A stretch of 64,000 nt of DNA from the NCBI GenBank assembly GCA_041662245.1, contig JBAZSW010000005.1, positions 57,837-121,836 on the forward strand, written 5' to 3'. This DNA comes from Parcubacteria group bacterium (GTDB taxonomy: Bacteria; Patescibacteriota; Minisyncoccia; Moranbacterales; UBA9337). Numbering within the stretch: the first letter of the stretch is position 1; every line of letters begins with the position of its first letter. This document shows, one piece after another, positions 38,782 to 48,962 of this stretch. Under the pieces are notes generated by a model. That model was not told where the DNA came from. It saw nothing but the letters and a program-made list of their open reading frames with translations, and ran no database searches. The position numbers and the translations under genes are program-made.

Positions 38782-39423
38782 ATGTTTAAGAAAAATACTT
38801 GGATAATCGTCGTTGTTGTCAGCATGCTCTTGTCTTCAGAAATGGCGTTGGCAGGAAATGGAAGTATTGTCATGCGAACAAATCTGATTGACCCATCTCA
38901 CCAAGAAAGTTATTTCAGCAATGATATTAATTTTTATCTTACGGTGAGTGAAAAACTTAGTTTCGGATTTGAAACCAGTTTTTCTCCCAAGAGTGATTAT
39001 CTCAAGGTTAAACCTTTTGCAACTTGGGCAGTTGATAAGAGTTGGAGCTTGATTGGAGGATTTTCTTCCGATAGCTCTGATCATGAATATGTCCTAGGAG
39101 GTCTCAGTTATTTTAAGAGACTTAGCGAGAGTAACAGCATTTATATTTCCGCATGTTATTATGTGGGGACAAACGAAGGGTCAAGCGACTATGTTGATTC
39201 TTTTGCTGAAGTAAAGCATAACTTCGGCAATGGTTTTGCTCTGGCAATTGAAGTCATTTATGATTATTGGCCAAGCGAGGGAAATAATTGGATGCTGATT
39301 GGTCCAGTTCTTCACTACGCCGTTAGTGATAAAGTTGATCTCTTTGTAAGGGTCGCAGGTGAAAACAATCTGGAGCAATGGAATTCTATTGATTTCCGGA
39401 TTGGAGCGACCTATTCGTTCTAG
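38782..39423 (+). CDS. Secreted protein with outer-membrane beta-barrel-like pattern
   Basis: Signal peptide, amphipathic aromatic-rich strands, C-terminal DFRIGATYSF. Confidence 0.6.
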   Translation: MFKKNTWIIVVVVSMLLSSEMALAGNGSIVMRTNLIDPSHQESYFSNDINFYLTVSEKLSFGFETSFSPKSDYLKVKPFATWAVDKSWSLIGGFSSDSSDHEYVLGGLSYFKRLSESNSIYISACYYVGTNEGSSDYVDSFAEVKHNFGNGFALAIEVIYDYWPSEGNNWMLIGPVLHYAVSDKVDLFVRVAGENNLEQWNSIDFRIGATYSF

Positions 39424-39513
39424 TTCTTTGTGAAAAGCAGGAAGTTGTATCTTACAATTTTCTGCTTTTTTGTGCTAAAATCAAGATAGAGCAATACTTT
39501 TTTAATACTATTT

Positions 39514-39609
39514 ATGGAAAAAACAATAAATATTTTTGGAGATAGCATCGCTTGGGGTGCATATGATGATAATGGTGATCGGGTAAATAGACTAAAAAAA
39601 TTAAATTAA
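39514..39609 (+). pseudogene. 5' remnant of a GDSL/SGNH hydrolase
   Basis: MEKTINIFGDSIAWGAYD then stop after 31 aa. Confidence 0.65.
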
Positions 39610-39697
39610 AAAATAGTAATTTACTTCCACACTTCAAAGCGTAGCAGTAAAATGCAATTAAATAAATTTTTAAATAATTGAGACTAATAAAAAAAAT

Positions 39698-39988
39698 ATG
39701 AATCAGCCCAATCAAAATCAACAAGTCCAAATCAAAGCGACGGATGAAAAATTAAAAGGTGAGTATTCTAATGCGATGCAAATACTTCATACTAAAGAAG
39801 AATTTGTTTTGGATTTTTTAAATATTTTTCCACCGACGGGAACTTTAAATTCAAGAATGATTCTTTCTCCGGGACATTTCAAAAGAATGATAAAAGCGAT
39901 GGAAGAAAATTTAAAAAAATACGAAGAGCAATTTGGAAAAATCGAAATAGCCACTGAACCCAAGAATGAGATAGGATTTAGAGGATAG
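39698..39988 (+). CDS. DUF3467-like protein
   Basis: GEYSN, HTKEEFVLDF, RMILSPGHFKR, YEEQFGKI. Confidence 0.85.
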   Translation: MNQPNQNQQVQIKATDEKLKGEYSNAMQILHTKEEFVLDFLNIFPPTGTLNSRMILSPGHFKRMIKAMEENLKKYEEQFGKIEIATEPKNEIGFRG

Positions 39989-40223
39989 CATATGGAGTAC
40001 CATATGAATTTCCAATTTCCAATTCTCAATTTCCAATCAATGGTCAATGTTTTAATTTTAAAAAAAGAACTTGATTTCTTAATATTTTTTTAACTTCTTT
40101 TTGAGCAGGGAGTTTTTTTTGTTGAGATATCGATAAGTATAAATTAAAGGTAACGTTAAAAATTGAAGAAAATAAAAAAAGCGGATTCTTGTCGTAGGTT
40201 CACGATGAATCCGTTTTTGCAAT

Positions 40224-40658
40224 TTAGTTCTTTTTTATTTTTTCTATTTTATAATCATTGAAATGAATTCCAGATAAAATCAATCCAACTATAAATAAGA
40301 AGGGGGATAATATTATTCCGTAGCGCACTTTAATCGCGACAATAATTGCTATGATGCAACAGAGAAGTGCCATCATCCCAAGAAAAATTCTTTTTATTTC
40401 TGACATAATATTTAGAGTATGATTTTTGGAGAATTTTTTTTCTTGGATTATTTTGTCTATTCGAGGAGTGTGAATGTAAACAGCCAAAGAAAAAGATCCT
40501 GTTATGGAAAAAATAACAAAAAAGATAAATCCGTAAGAAGCTCCGAAAACTAAAGTAATTGCACCTAGATAGCAGATAATAGCTGTTATTAAAAGGGTAG
40601 GATTATTTGTTTTTGGAAAGACATTCGTTTCGATTTTAATTATATTTTTAAATGACAT
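40224..40658 (-). CDS. Hypothetical 4-TM membrane protein
   Basis: Hydrophobic ORF, GGGGG RBS. Confidence 0.6.
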   Translation of the reverse strand: MSFKNIIKIETNVFPKTNNPTLLITAIICYLGAITLVFGASYGFIFFVIFSITGSFSLAVYIHTPRIDKIIQEKKFSKNHTLNIMSEIKRIFLGMMALLCCIIAIIVAIKVRYGIILSPFLFIVGLILSGIHFNDYKIEKIKKN

Positions 40659-40764
40659 AATTTCCCCCTAGAAATATTTTTAAATATCAAAGTAAAAAGA
40701 ACTGATTCTATTTTGTTATAACAAACAAAAATTTTATTGTCAAAAAATATTTTTAAAAAATTTA

Positions 40765-40895
40765 CAAAAAACTATTGTACAAATTTTTTATTGTTGTATA
40801 ATAAAAGTAAATAAAAATATTTTACAAAAATAATTTTAGAAAAAAATAAAATTTTTTCAAAAAACTATTGTACAAATTTTTTATTGTTGTATAAT
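40765..40895 (+). promoter_or_regulatory. Tandem duplicated 38-bp promoter-like sequence
   Basis: Identical copies at 40765-40802 and 40858-40895, each TTGTAC-N16-TATAAT. Confidence 0.75.
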
Positions 40896-40994
40896 TATTA
40901 TATGACGAAATAATATGTGAGAAGTGGTCGAGCTTCTCAGTTAAAAATAAAAAATAATCCAGTGAGAAATTGCTGGCTAGCCTAAAATAAAAAA

Positions 40995-41150
40995 ATGGCA
41001 ACAAAGAAAAAAGCTGTTAAAAAAGTAGCTAAGAAAAAAGTAGCTAAGAAAACAGTTAAAAAAGCTGTAAAAAAAGTAGCTAAGAAAACAGTTAAAAAAG
41101 CTGTAAAAAAAGTAGCTAAGAAAACAGTTAAAAAAGCAAAAAGGAAATAA
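40995..41150 (+). CDS. Histone H1-like lysine-rich small protein (51 aa)
   Basis: MATKKKAVKKVAKKKVAKKTVKKAVKKVAKKTVKKAVKKVAKKTVKKAKRK; promoter and terminator flank it. Confidence 0.85.
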   Translation: MATKKKAVKKVAKKKVAKKTVKKAVKKVAKKTVKKAVKKVAKKTVKKAKRK

Positions 41151-41161
41151 AGACAAAAATT

Positions 41162-41204
41162 AGATGACCACACTTCAAAAGATAGATGTGGTCATCTTTT
41201 TTTT
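41162..41204 (+). terminator. Intrinsic terminator
   Basis: AGATGACCACA / TGTGGTCATCT plus T-run. Confidence 0.85.
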
Positions 41205-41288
41205 GTGAATTATTTTTATAATTAAAAAAAATAAAAAACGGAAAGCGTGAGAAGCCTTTCCGTTGGTAATATGTATTACGGCGTTTTA

Positions 41289-41672
41289 TTATTTTCTGCT
41301 GTATTTTTGTAACGCTCTAGAAATATCATCAAGCGCAATGGATTCTTTTTTTATCTCTTCGAATATATTTCTGTAATTGTTTAAGGAAGTTTCCTTAATC
41401 AATAGTTCTCTTTTTAATTGGTCAATCATTTCTAGCGCCGACTTGAGACTTAGTTGAAGAGCAATAATACGCTCTCTGTCGTTAACTAAATCGTCTAAGG
41501 TAAATTCTGTGAGAGAATATAAAAATTTTTCTGTACCTATTTCCGTTAATTCATTTTTCGAAAGTGACTTTTCTTGTTGGGAAAGGGCTGATCCTTTTAG
41601 GGAGGAAATCATCACCTTTAGTTCTCCTAGTAATGAAACTTCTAGTGGCAAACTGCTTGTTGTTTCAACCAT
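41289..41672 (-). CDS. Hypothetical coiled-coil protein
   Basis: SD AAGGAG, heptad pattern. Confidence 0.6.
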   Translation of the reverse strand: MVETTSSLPLEVSLLGELKVMISSLKGSALSQQEKSLSKNELTEIGTEKFLYSLTEFTLDDLVNDRERIIALQLSLKSALEMIDQLKRELLIKETSLNNYRNIFEEIKKESIALDDISRALQKYSRK

Positions 41673-41870
41673 TTCAAATCTCCTTATGAAAATAAAATTA
41701 ATTGAGTTAGGGGCATTAAGTTACTATGTTAAATTTAGTAGTTTATTATGATTTAGTCAATTATTTCTATTTTGACATAAGGACTTATTTTTAGTACTAT
41801 ATATAGAGTAAAAACAAAAATAATTCTTTAGATAAGAAGCCTCGAATAGTTTTGCTTGGGGTTTGTTTGT

Positions 41871-42959
41871 ATGTTTAAAAAAATTAGAAACTTTTATAGA
41901 AAAATAACAGGAAAAATATTTGGAAATTTTTCTAAAGATATTGGAATTGATCTAGGGACAGCTAACACTTTGGTATATGTAAGCGGAAAAGGAATTGTAA
42001 TTAATGAGCCTAGTGTCGTAGCTATAAATAAAAAAACAGGACAAATTTTGGCTATTGGAAAAAAAGCCAAACAAATGGTGGGTAAAACTCCTAGCCATAT
42101 TGTCGCCACTCGTCCGTTGGTAAATGGTGTAGTAAGTGATTTTGAAGTGACTGAACAAATGCTCCGATACTTTATCGATAAGGTTCATCAAGATTCTTTT
42201 TCGATTATGCCTCGACCAAGAGTATTGATCGGGATTCCTTCAGAAGTTACTGAGGTAGAAAAAAGAGCGGTAATCGATGCGGCTATTAGCGCAGGGGCGA
42301 GAGAGGCTTATATTATTGATGAACCAATGGCAGCCGCTATTGGAGCTCATCTACCAGTGACAACAGCCGCTGGAAATATGATTGTAGATATCGGAGGAGG
42401 AACTTCCGAAATCGCAGTTATTTCTTTGGGAGGAGTAGTTGCTTCAAGAAGTTTGCGAATTGCGGGAGATGAAATGAATGAAGATATTATTAGATATTGT
42501 CGAGACGAATTTAATCTATTAGTAGGAGAGAGAACAGCAGAGGAGGTAAAGATTGCTATCGGGAGCGCTTATCCACAAGAAAAAAAATTGACTATGGCAA
42601 TACGGGGAAGAGATTTAGTGAGTGGACTTCCCAAAGAATTAAAAATTAATGATGAACAGGCTCGAGAAGCGATTTCTCGTTCGATAAGAATAATCGTTAA
42701 TAATATCAAAACTATTATTGAAGATACGCCACCAGAATTAATTGCCGACATTATGCAACGAGGAATAATTTTGGCTGGAGGTGGTAGTCTGATAAGAGGG
42801 TTGGATAAGCTAATTGCTAATCAAACAGGGATATCGGTGCGCACTATGGAAGATCCGTTAACAGCTGTAGTAAGAGGAACAGGAATAGTTTTGGAAGATT
42901 TGGAATCGCTCAAAGAAGTTTTAGCTGCTAATCAATATGATGATAGTCCTTTAAGATAA
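41871..42959 (+). CDS. mreB: Rod shape-determining protein MreB
   Basis: IGIDLGTANT, EPMAAAIG, VDIGGGT. Confidence 0.97.
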   Translation: MFKKIRNFYRKITGKIFGNFSKDIGIDLGTANTLVYVSGKGIVINEPSVVAINKKTGQILAIGKKAKQMVGKTPSHIVATRPLVNGVVSDFEVTEQMLRYFIDKVHQDSFSIMPRPRVLIGIPSEVTEVEKRAVIDAAISAGAREAYIIDEPMAAAIGAHLPVTTAAGNMIVDIGGGTSEIAVISLGGVVASRSLRIAGDEMNEDIIRYCRDEFNLLVGERTAEEVKIAIGSAYPQEKKLTMAIRGRDLVSGLPKELKINDEQAREAISRSIRIIVNNIKTIIEDTPPELIADIMQRGIILAGGGSLIRGLDKLIANQTGISVRTMEDPLTAVVRGTGIVLEDLESLKEVLAANQYDDSPLR

Positions 42960-42986
42960 TATTCAACATATTATCTTTTTAAAAAA

Positions 42987-43805
42987 ATGCCTAAAAAATT
43001 TACTTCTCAAAAAATATTTAAAGTAATCGTGATTTGTGTTTTGGCGTTGGGGTTGATAATGTGGAATCCTTATAATTTTTCTGGTGGAATGAGAAGATTT
43101 TTTTTGGGAATTACTTTGCCAATTCAAAAAATATTTTCTTTGGGAGCAGATAAGATACATTCTTTTGGTGAGGCCATTTCTTCTATCGGAAAAATAAAGA
43201 GTGAAAATAAACATTTATTTGAAGAAAATTTGAAATTGAGGGCCGAAAATGTTAATTTGGCGGATGTGATGAAAGAGAATAATGACTTGCGTAGCCAGTT
43301 AAATATTTTACCTAGAGATAAATTTAATCTGGAGGCAACTCATATCATTGGAAGGGATACTTATGATAGCAATAGTTGGATTTTAATTGATAAAGGCATT
43401 TCTGATGGAGTAGGAAAAGGCATGCCCGTAATTGTTTCAGAAGGAATTTTGGTAGGAAAAGTTGAGGAGTCTTTTGATTCTACAGCTAAAATTATTTTTA
43501 TCACAGACAAATCAATGAATGTTAATGTAGAAGCAGTTGAAACGGGAGCAATAGGGTCAGTGAAGGGAAATTATGGGTTAGGACTTATTATGGATTTGGT
43601 TTTACAGACAGACAATTTAAAAGTGGGAGATAAAGTAATTACCTCAGATATTAGTCAAAATATCCCTCGAGGTTTGCTGGTAGGAGAAATAAAAGAGATT
43701 AATTCAGCTAAAAACGATTTATTTCAACAAGCTATTATTTCTTCTCCAGTTGATTTTTCTAAATTGCGTTTTGTTTTTGTAATTAAGAATAGTAATAACC
43801 AATGA
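42987..43805 (+). CDS. mreC: Rod shape-determining protein MreC
   Basis: TM helix, coiled coil, IDKG..GV.KGMPVI; follows mreB. Confidence 0.92.
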   Translation: MPKKFTSQKIFKVIVICVLALGLIMWNPYNFSGGMRRFFLGITLPIQKIFSLGADKIHSFGEAISSIGKIKSENKHLFEENLKLRAENVNLADVMKENNDLRSQLNILPRDKFNLEATHIIGRDTYDSNSWILIDKGISDGVGKGMPVIVSEGILVGKVEESFDSTAKIIFITDKSMNVNVEAVETGAIGSVKGNYGLGLIMDLVLQTDNLKVGDKVITSDISQNIPRGLLVGEIKEINSAKNDLFQQAIISSPVDFSKLRFVFVIKNSNNQ

Positions 43806-44344
43806 AATTTTTTTTATTGAGGATTTGTATCATTTTTTTAATCATTTTTTTTCAGATAAATTTTTTGAATTTAATTTTTTCTGGAAATTATCTAATCAAT
43901 TTATCAATTTTGGCTGTAATCAGTTGGGTAATCACTTCTAGTTTTGAAAAAATATGGCCATGGATTATAGCATTGGGATTTTTTAATGATATATTTTTGG
44001 CACAAAAAATAGGATCTAATATTTTATTTTTTATCTTGTTAGCTTATCTAGTAAGTTTTATTTCCAAAAGATTTATAATTGAAAGACATTTTTCTGGATT
44101 TTTGTTGGTGATAGTTTTTATTTTGATAGGAAATTTTGGAGGAAGTATTTTTAACTTTTTGTTTGTCAGTCATGATATTCTTGGAGAGTTTTGGCTTTAT
44201 CTAAAAAGCTATTTTATAAATTGGGAGAGTCTTGCTCTGGTAAATATCTTCTCGGGAATTTGTTTTTATCTAGTTTATGTGTCGATAAATAGAGTGGAAA
44301 AATATATAGCCAAAAGTGAAAGTCGATTAAATATTTCTCTTTAG
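43802..44344 (+). CDS. mreD: MreD-like membrane protein
   Basis: Multi-TM protein between mreC and PBP2. Confidence 0.7.
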   Translation: MKFFLLRICIIFLIIFFQINFLNLIFSGNYLINLSILAVISWVITSSFEKIWPWIIALGFFNDIFLAQKIGSNILFFILLAYLVSFISKRFIIERHFSGFLLVIVFILIGNFGGSIFNFLFVSHDILGEFWLYLKSYFINWESLALVNIFSGICFYLVYVSINRVEKYIAKSESRLNISL

Positions 44345-44391
44345 GGATTAATTAAATAGAAAAGATGTAGAATATTTTAGATAGCTAACTT

Positions 44392-46263
44392 ATGCGATTT
44401 TATGCCAAAAAATATAAATTAAAGATGTCCAAAGAAATCGACGAGATAGCCGATACGGTTTTATTGAGTGGTTCGGAAGTGGCTAGAATAGAAATTCCTT
44501 TTAATAAATCTTTATTAAATATTTTTTGGTTTTTTATAGTTTTGACCCTGACGCTTCTTTTTAGTAGAACTGCTTATCTCGCTATTGCTAAGGGAGAGCA
44601 TTATCAGGCGGTAGCTAAGGAAAATAGATTGAGAGTAAGTTATGTGACAGCTCCAAGAGGAAAAATATTTGATCGATTTGGTAATACGTTAGTTTATAAT
44701 ATTCCTAGTTTGGATTTAATTATTGATGCGCGAGGGCTAGATAAGGAATTTAATTTTTCTTCAGAAACATTGGATGAAATTAAAAAAATATTTCCCAATA
44801 GATTTGGAGAAATTTTTGAAAATTTAAAAAATAAAAATGAAGATGACAAATTTATTTTACTTTTAAAAAATATTAGTCAAAAGGAAGCTTTGCTAGTAAC
44901 AGAGAACTATCAAAAACTTCCGGGAGTGCAAGTTACTAAAACAGCTATTCGAGATTACACCGATAGTTTAATTTTTTCTAACATTATCGGCTATGAAGGA
45001 AAGATAAAGAAAGAGGAATTGATTGATAATCCGGATTATCTAATGACGGATTCAATTGGAAAAAAAGGATTGGAAAAATATTATGAAAAGAACCTGCGAG
45101 GAATACCGGGTAAAACCAACGTAGAAGTCGACTCAATGGGGCACGTGGTCAGAGAATTAGGAGCAACTAACCCTGTGCCGGGGGGAGATTTAATTTTAAA
45201 TATTGATAGTCAACTGCAGAAAAAAATATTTGATAGCTTGTCAGGAATGCTTGAGAAAGAAGGATTAAAGGCGGGAGCTGCCTTAGCATTGGATCCGAGA
45301 AATGGAGCAGTGTTAGCTATGGTGAGTGTGCCTAGCTTTGATAATAATTTATTTGCTCAAGGAATTTCTAATGATGATTATTCTAAATTACTGAATGATG
45401 AAAATAAACCAATGTTCAATAGAGCTATTTCGGGTGAATATGCTCCAGGGTCAACTTTTAAGCCTATGATGGCCTCAGCGGCTTTAACGGAAGGAGTTAT
45501 TAATGAGAATACTCAAATAGAAAGTAGGGGAAGTATCAACGTGGGAGGATGGTCTTTTGGAGATTGGAAAGCTCATGGATTTACCGATGTGAGAAGAGCT
45601 ATCGCTGTTTCTAGTGATGTATTTTTTTATTCGATAGGAGGTGGATATGGCGGTGTGCGAGGAATGGGAATTAGTAATATAAAAAAGTATGCTAATTTAT
45701 TTGGATATGGAGAAGCTTCAGGAATTGATACTACCGGAGAGGTAGCTGGATTTATCCCAACAGAAGAATGGAAAGAAAAAACTTTTGGAGAGAAGTGGTT
45801 TGTAGGAAACACTTATCATGCCTCTATCGGACAAGGTTATATAACAGCTACGCCACTTCAAATAGCTAATAGTGTGGCAGTAGTAGCCAATGGCGGAACA
45901 TTATATCGACCAAGATTAGTTTCTCAAATTAAAGAAACTGATAAAACGATTTACAATAAAGCAGAGATAATAAGATCAAGTTTTATTAAATCTGATATTT
46001 TGAAAGTTGTAAGAGAAGGAATGCGGATGACTGTGACAGAAGGGACTGCTCAGTTACTTAAAGATTTGCCTGTGGAAGCAGCGGGAAAAACGGGAACTGC
46101 CCAATTTGGTAGTGAAAAAAAGACTCATGGTTGGTTTGTGTCTTTTGCTCCTTATCAAAATCCGGAAATTGTATTAGTCATCCTTGTGGAAGGGCAAAAA
46201 GAAGAAGGCTACAATGCGGTGCCAGTTACGAATGAGGTTTACAATTGGTATTTTTCAAGGTAA
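44392..46263 (+). CDS. mrdA: Penicillin-binding protein 2
   Basis: APRGKIFDR, PGSTFK, SSD, GKTGTAQ. Confidence 0.95.
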   Translation: MRFYAKKYKLKMSKEIDEIADTVLLSGSEVARIEIPFNKSLLNIFWFFIVLTLTLLFSRTAYLAIAKGEHYQAVAKENRLRVSYVTAPRGKIFDRFGNTLVYNIPSLDLIIDARGLDKEFNFSSETLDEIKKIFPNRFGEIFENLKNKNEDDKFILLLKNISQKEALLVTENYQKLPGVQVTKTAIRDYTDSLIFSNIIGYEGKIKKEELIDNPDYLMTDSIGKKGLEKYYEKNLRGIPGKTNVEVDSMGHVVRELGATNPVPGGDLILNIDSQLQKKIFDSLSGMLEKEGLKAGAALALDPRNGAVLAMVSVPSFDNNLFAQGISNDDYSKLLNDENKPMFNRAISGEYAPGSTFKPMMASAALTEGVINENTQIESRGSINVGGWSFGDWKAHGFTDVRRAIAVSSDVFFYSIGGGYGGVRGMGISNIKKYANLFGYGEASGIDTTGEVAGFIPTEEWKEKTFGEKWFVGNTYHASIGQGYITATPLQIANSVAVVANGGTLYRPRLVSQIKETDKTIYNKAEIIRSSFIKSDILKVVREGMRMTVTEGTAQLLKDLPVEAAGKTGTAQFGSEKKTHGWFVSFAPYQNPEIVLVILVEGQKEEGYNAVPVTNEVYNWYFSR

Positions 46264-46371
46264 GCTAGAATAAATTAATAAATACAGGAATTAAATGTTT
46301 GAATAATATCTTTGGAAATTGATATTATATTATCTAAAACATGAAAGTTTTAAAGTTTTAAAAAATTATTT

Positions 46372-47442
46372 ATGGATATCAAGGAAGAATTAAAAAAGAT
46401 TCAAGATAAAATTAATCCAGAACTAAAAATATTTTTTGATGAAATTATAAAAGATTCTAAAAAAAATAATTTTATTACCACTGAAGCTTTAAAACAAGTT
46501 AAAAAAATAACTTTAGCAGGAGGAAAAAGATTACGACCAGCCTTGATGTACTGGGCGTATGCGGGTGTGGGTGGCAAAAATAAGAAGGAAATGATAAAAA
46601 CATCTATCAGCATTGAGTTGATTCACGTTTTTCTTTTAATCCACGATGATATTATTGATAATGATGCCAAGCGACACGGTGTTCAAACCGTCCATGCTAA
46701 ATATGATAAAATTGGAAAAATTATCTCTTTAGGAAAAAGAGATTCTCGGCATTTCGGAAATTCCATAGGGATTGTTACAGGAGATATTTTGGGGGCGTTG
46801 GGAAATCGAGTTCTTTTTAATTCAAAATTTGCTCCAGAATTGGTAGTTAAAGCACTTTCACAGTTGCAAAATATTGTAGCTAGAGTTGCGATTGGTGAGG
46901 CTCAAGATGTTTTTATTGAACATAAAAGATCAGCTACTGAAGCAGAAGTGATGGATATGTATAAAAATAAAACAGCTAAATATACCTTTGAGGGTCCTTT
47001 GCATTTGGGTGCGATTTTAGGTGGGGCTGATAAAAAATTATTAAATAGTATTACTAAGTTTTCTGTTCCTGTGGGAGTGGCTTTTCAAATTCAAGATGAT
47101 ATTTTAGGAATTTTTGGTGATGAAGAAAAAATAGGCAAACCTGTAGGTTCAGATATTCGGGAAGGAAAACAGACTATTTTAGTAGTAAGGGCTTTAAAAA
47201 ATGCCAATAAAAAACAGAAAGAAATTTTAACCAGATTAGTAGGAAAGAAAGATATTACTAAGGCAGAGGTAGAAGAATTTAGAAATGTTATTCGTGAAAC
47301 AAAGTCATTGGATTATGCTAATGCTTTGGCAAAAAAATTAATTGAAAAAGGTAAGGCAGAAATAAAAGATATTGGCTTTACAGAGGAAATAAAAACAATC
47401 CTCTTGGCTCTGGCGGATTATATGGCTAAACGAGATATTTAA
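46372..47442 (+). CDS. Polyprenyl diphosphate synthase
   Basis: GGKRLRP, LIHDDIID, FQIQDD. Confidence 0.93.
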   Translation: MDIKEELKKIQDKINPELKIFFDEIIKDSKKNNFITTEALKQVKKITLAGGKRLRPALMYWAYAGVGGKNKKEMIKTSISIELIHVFLLIHDDIIDNDAKRHGVQTVHAKYDKIGKIISLGKRDSRHFGNSIGIVTGDILGALGNRVLFNSKFAPELVVKALSQLQNIVARVAIGEAQDVFIEHKRSATEAEVMDMYKNKTAKYTFEGPLHLGAILGGADKKLLNSITKFSVPVGVAFQIQDDILGIFGDEEKIGKPVGSDIREGKQTILVVRALKNANKKQKEILTRLVGKKDITKAEVEEFRNVIRETKSLDYANALAKKLIEKGKAEIKDIGFTEEIKTILLALADYMAKRDI

Positions 47443-47507
47443 ATTTTTAAAAATATTTAAGTAATTCTTTAATTATCAGTGACCTATATGCAATCGGTAG
47501 CTGATTA

Positions 47508-48569
47508 ATGATTATGATTCAAAGAAAAAAAACTAGAAAAATTAAAATAGGCAATATATTCATGGGCGGAGATGCGCCTATCGTTATTCAATCAATGTGT
47601 AATACTGACACTCGAGATGTGGAAGCGACAGTAGCTCAAATTAAAGAGCTTATTCAGGCGGGATGCGAAGTCATCCGAGTGGCAGTTCCTGATATGGAAG
47701 CAGCTCTGGCAATTGGTGAAATTAAAAAACAAATTAACATTCCAATTGTGGCTGATATTCATTTTTCGGCTGAATATGCCATGGAGGCTATCGCTCAAGG
47801 CGTTGATAAACTTCGAATTAATCCGGGAAATATTGGCGATGAAAAAAAAGTGACAATGCTGGTAAAGGCCTGCAAGAAAAAAAAGATTCCAATTCGAATC
47901 GGAATTAACGGCGGATCTTTAGAAAAAGATATTTTAAAAAAATATAAAGGAGAAGTTACGCCTCAGGGGATGGTTGAATCAGCGATGCGCCATATAAAAA
48001 TTTTAGAAAAAAATAAATTTTTCGATATTGCTATTTCTCTTAAAGCCAATGATGTGGAGAGGACAGTGGAGGCTTATCGATTATTGTCTAAAAAGGTAGA
48101 CTACCCGTTACATATTGGGATAACAGAAGCAGGAACGACTTTTCGAGGAACAATTCTATCGGCAGTGGGCTTCGGAATATTGCTTTATGATGGGATTGGA
48201 GACACAATCAGAGTTTCACTAACAGCCAATCCGGTAGAGGAGATAAAAGTAGCATGGGAAATTCTTAAATCTTTAGGACTACGAAAGCGAGGAATATCTG
48301 TAACTAGTTGCCCGACTTGTGGAAGAACTCAAATAGATTTGATAAAATTAGTTGGGGAAGTGGAAAAATTATTAGAAGGCATGGAAAAAGATATTCGTGT
48401 GGCAGTGATGGGTTGCGTAGTAAATGGTCCTGGAGAAGCGAGAGAAGCGGATTTGGCTATCGTAGGAGGTAGGGGAGTAGGATTGATTGTAAAAAAAGGA
48501 AAAATTATAAAGAAAGTGGACGAAAAAGATTTACTAGTTGAATTCATGAAAGAAATAGAAAAGTTTTAG
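47508..48569 (+). CDS. ispG: HMBPP synthase IspG
   Basis: IQSMCNT, ADIHF, RINPGNIG, SCPTCGR, MGCVVNGPGE. Confidence 0.97.
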   Translation: MIMIQRKKTRKIKIGNIFMGGDAPIVIQSMCNTDTRDVEATVAQIKELIQAGCEVIRVAVPDMEAALAIGEIKKQINIPIVADIHFSAEYAMEAIAQGVDKLRINPGNIGDEKKVTMLVKACKKKKIPIRIGINGGSLEKDILKKYKGEVTPQGMVESAMRHIKILEKNKFFDIAISLKANDVERTVEAYRLLSKKVDYPLHIGITEAGTTFRGTILSAVGFGILLYDGIGDTIRVSLTANPVEEIKVAWEILKSLGLRKRGISVTSCPTCGRTQIDLIKLVGEVEKLLEGMEKDIRVAVMGCVVNGPGEAREADLAIVGGRGVGLIVKKGKIIKKVDEKDLLVEFMKEIEKF

Positions 48570-48637
48570 GGTTAAATATCAATATTAAAAACCTCCATTT
48601 AGCGGAGGTTTTTTTGACCTTTAATATTGAAAGAAAA

Positions 48638-48811
48638 TTAAACTTCTTTGTTCATGGTTCGAATACATCTAGTACAAACTTTTATCTTTTGGCCTTCTAC
48701 TTTTTTCTGTTGGATATTTACCTTAAATTTTCTTTTAGTTGCAATGTTGGAATGACTTCTGGAGTGTCCGGTAGAAGTTCCTCTATTACAAATTTCACAG
48801 GTTCTACTCAT
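48638..48811 (-). CDS. rpmB: 50S ribosomal protein L28 (Zn-binding type), below ORF-track cutoff
   Basis: MSRTCEICNRGTSTGHSRSHSNIATKRKFKVNIQ..KVCTRCIR. Confidence 0.93.
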   Translation of the reverse strand: MSRTCEICNRGTSTGHSRSHSNIATKRKFKVNIQQKKVEGQKIKVCTRCIRTMNKEV

Positions 48812-48962
48812 AGTATATTACAGAACAAATTATTAACCACCGTCTCATATTTGGATGATTTATGTCCCTTAAATTAGTTTGCTTATTTACAAGATATAGA
48901 TTATCATAATAGATGTATTTTGTAAAGTGAAATCAGATAATAAGTTTAAAATAATATTTTTT

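Noticed and set aside
40982-41173. 63-aa Phe-rich minus-strand ORF
   Set aside because: Antisense shadow of the Lys-rich plus-strand gene
48614-48877. 87-aa plus-strand ORF
   Set aside because: Antisense shadow of rpmB
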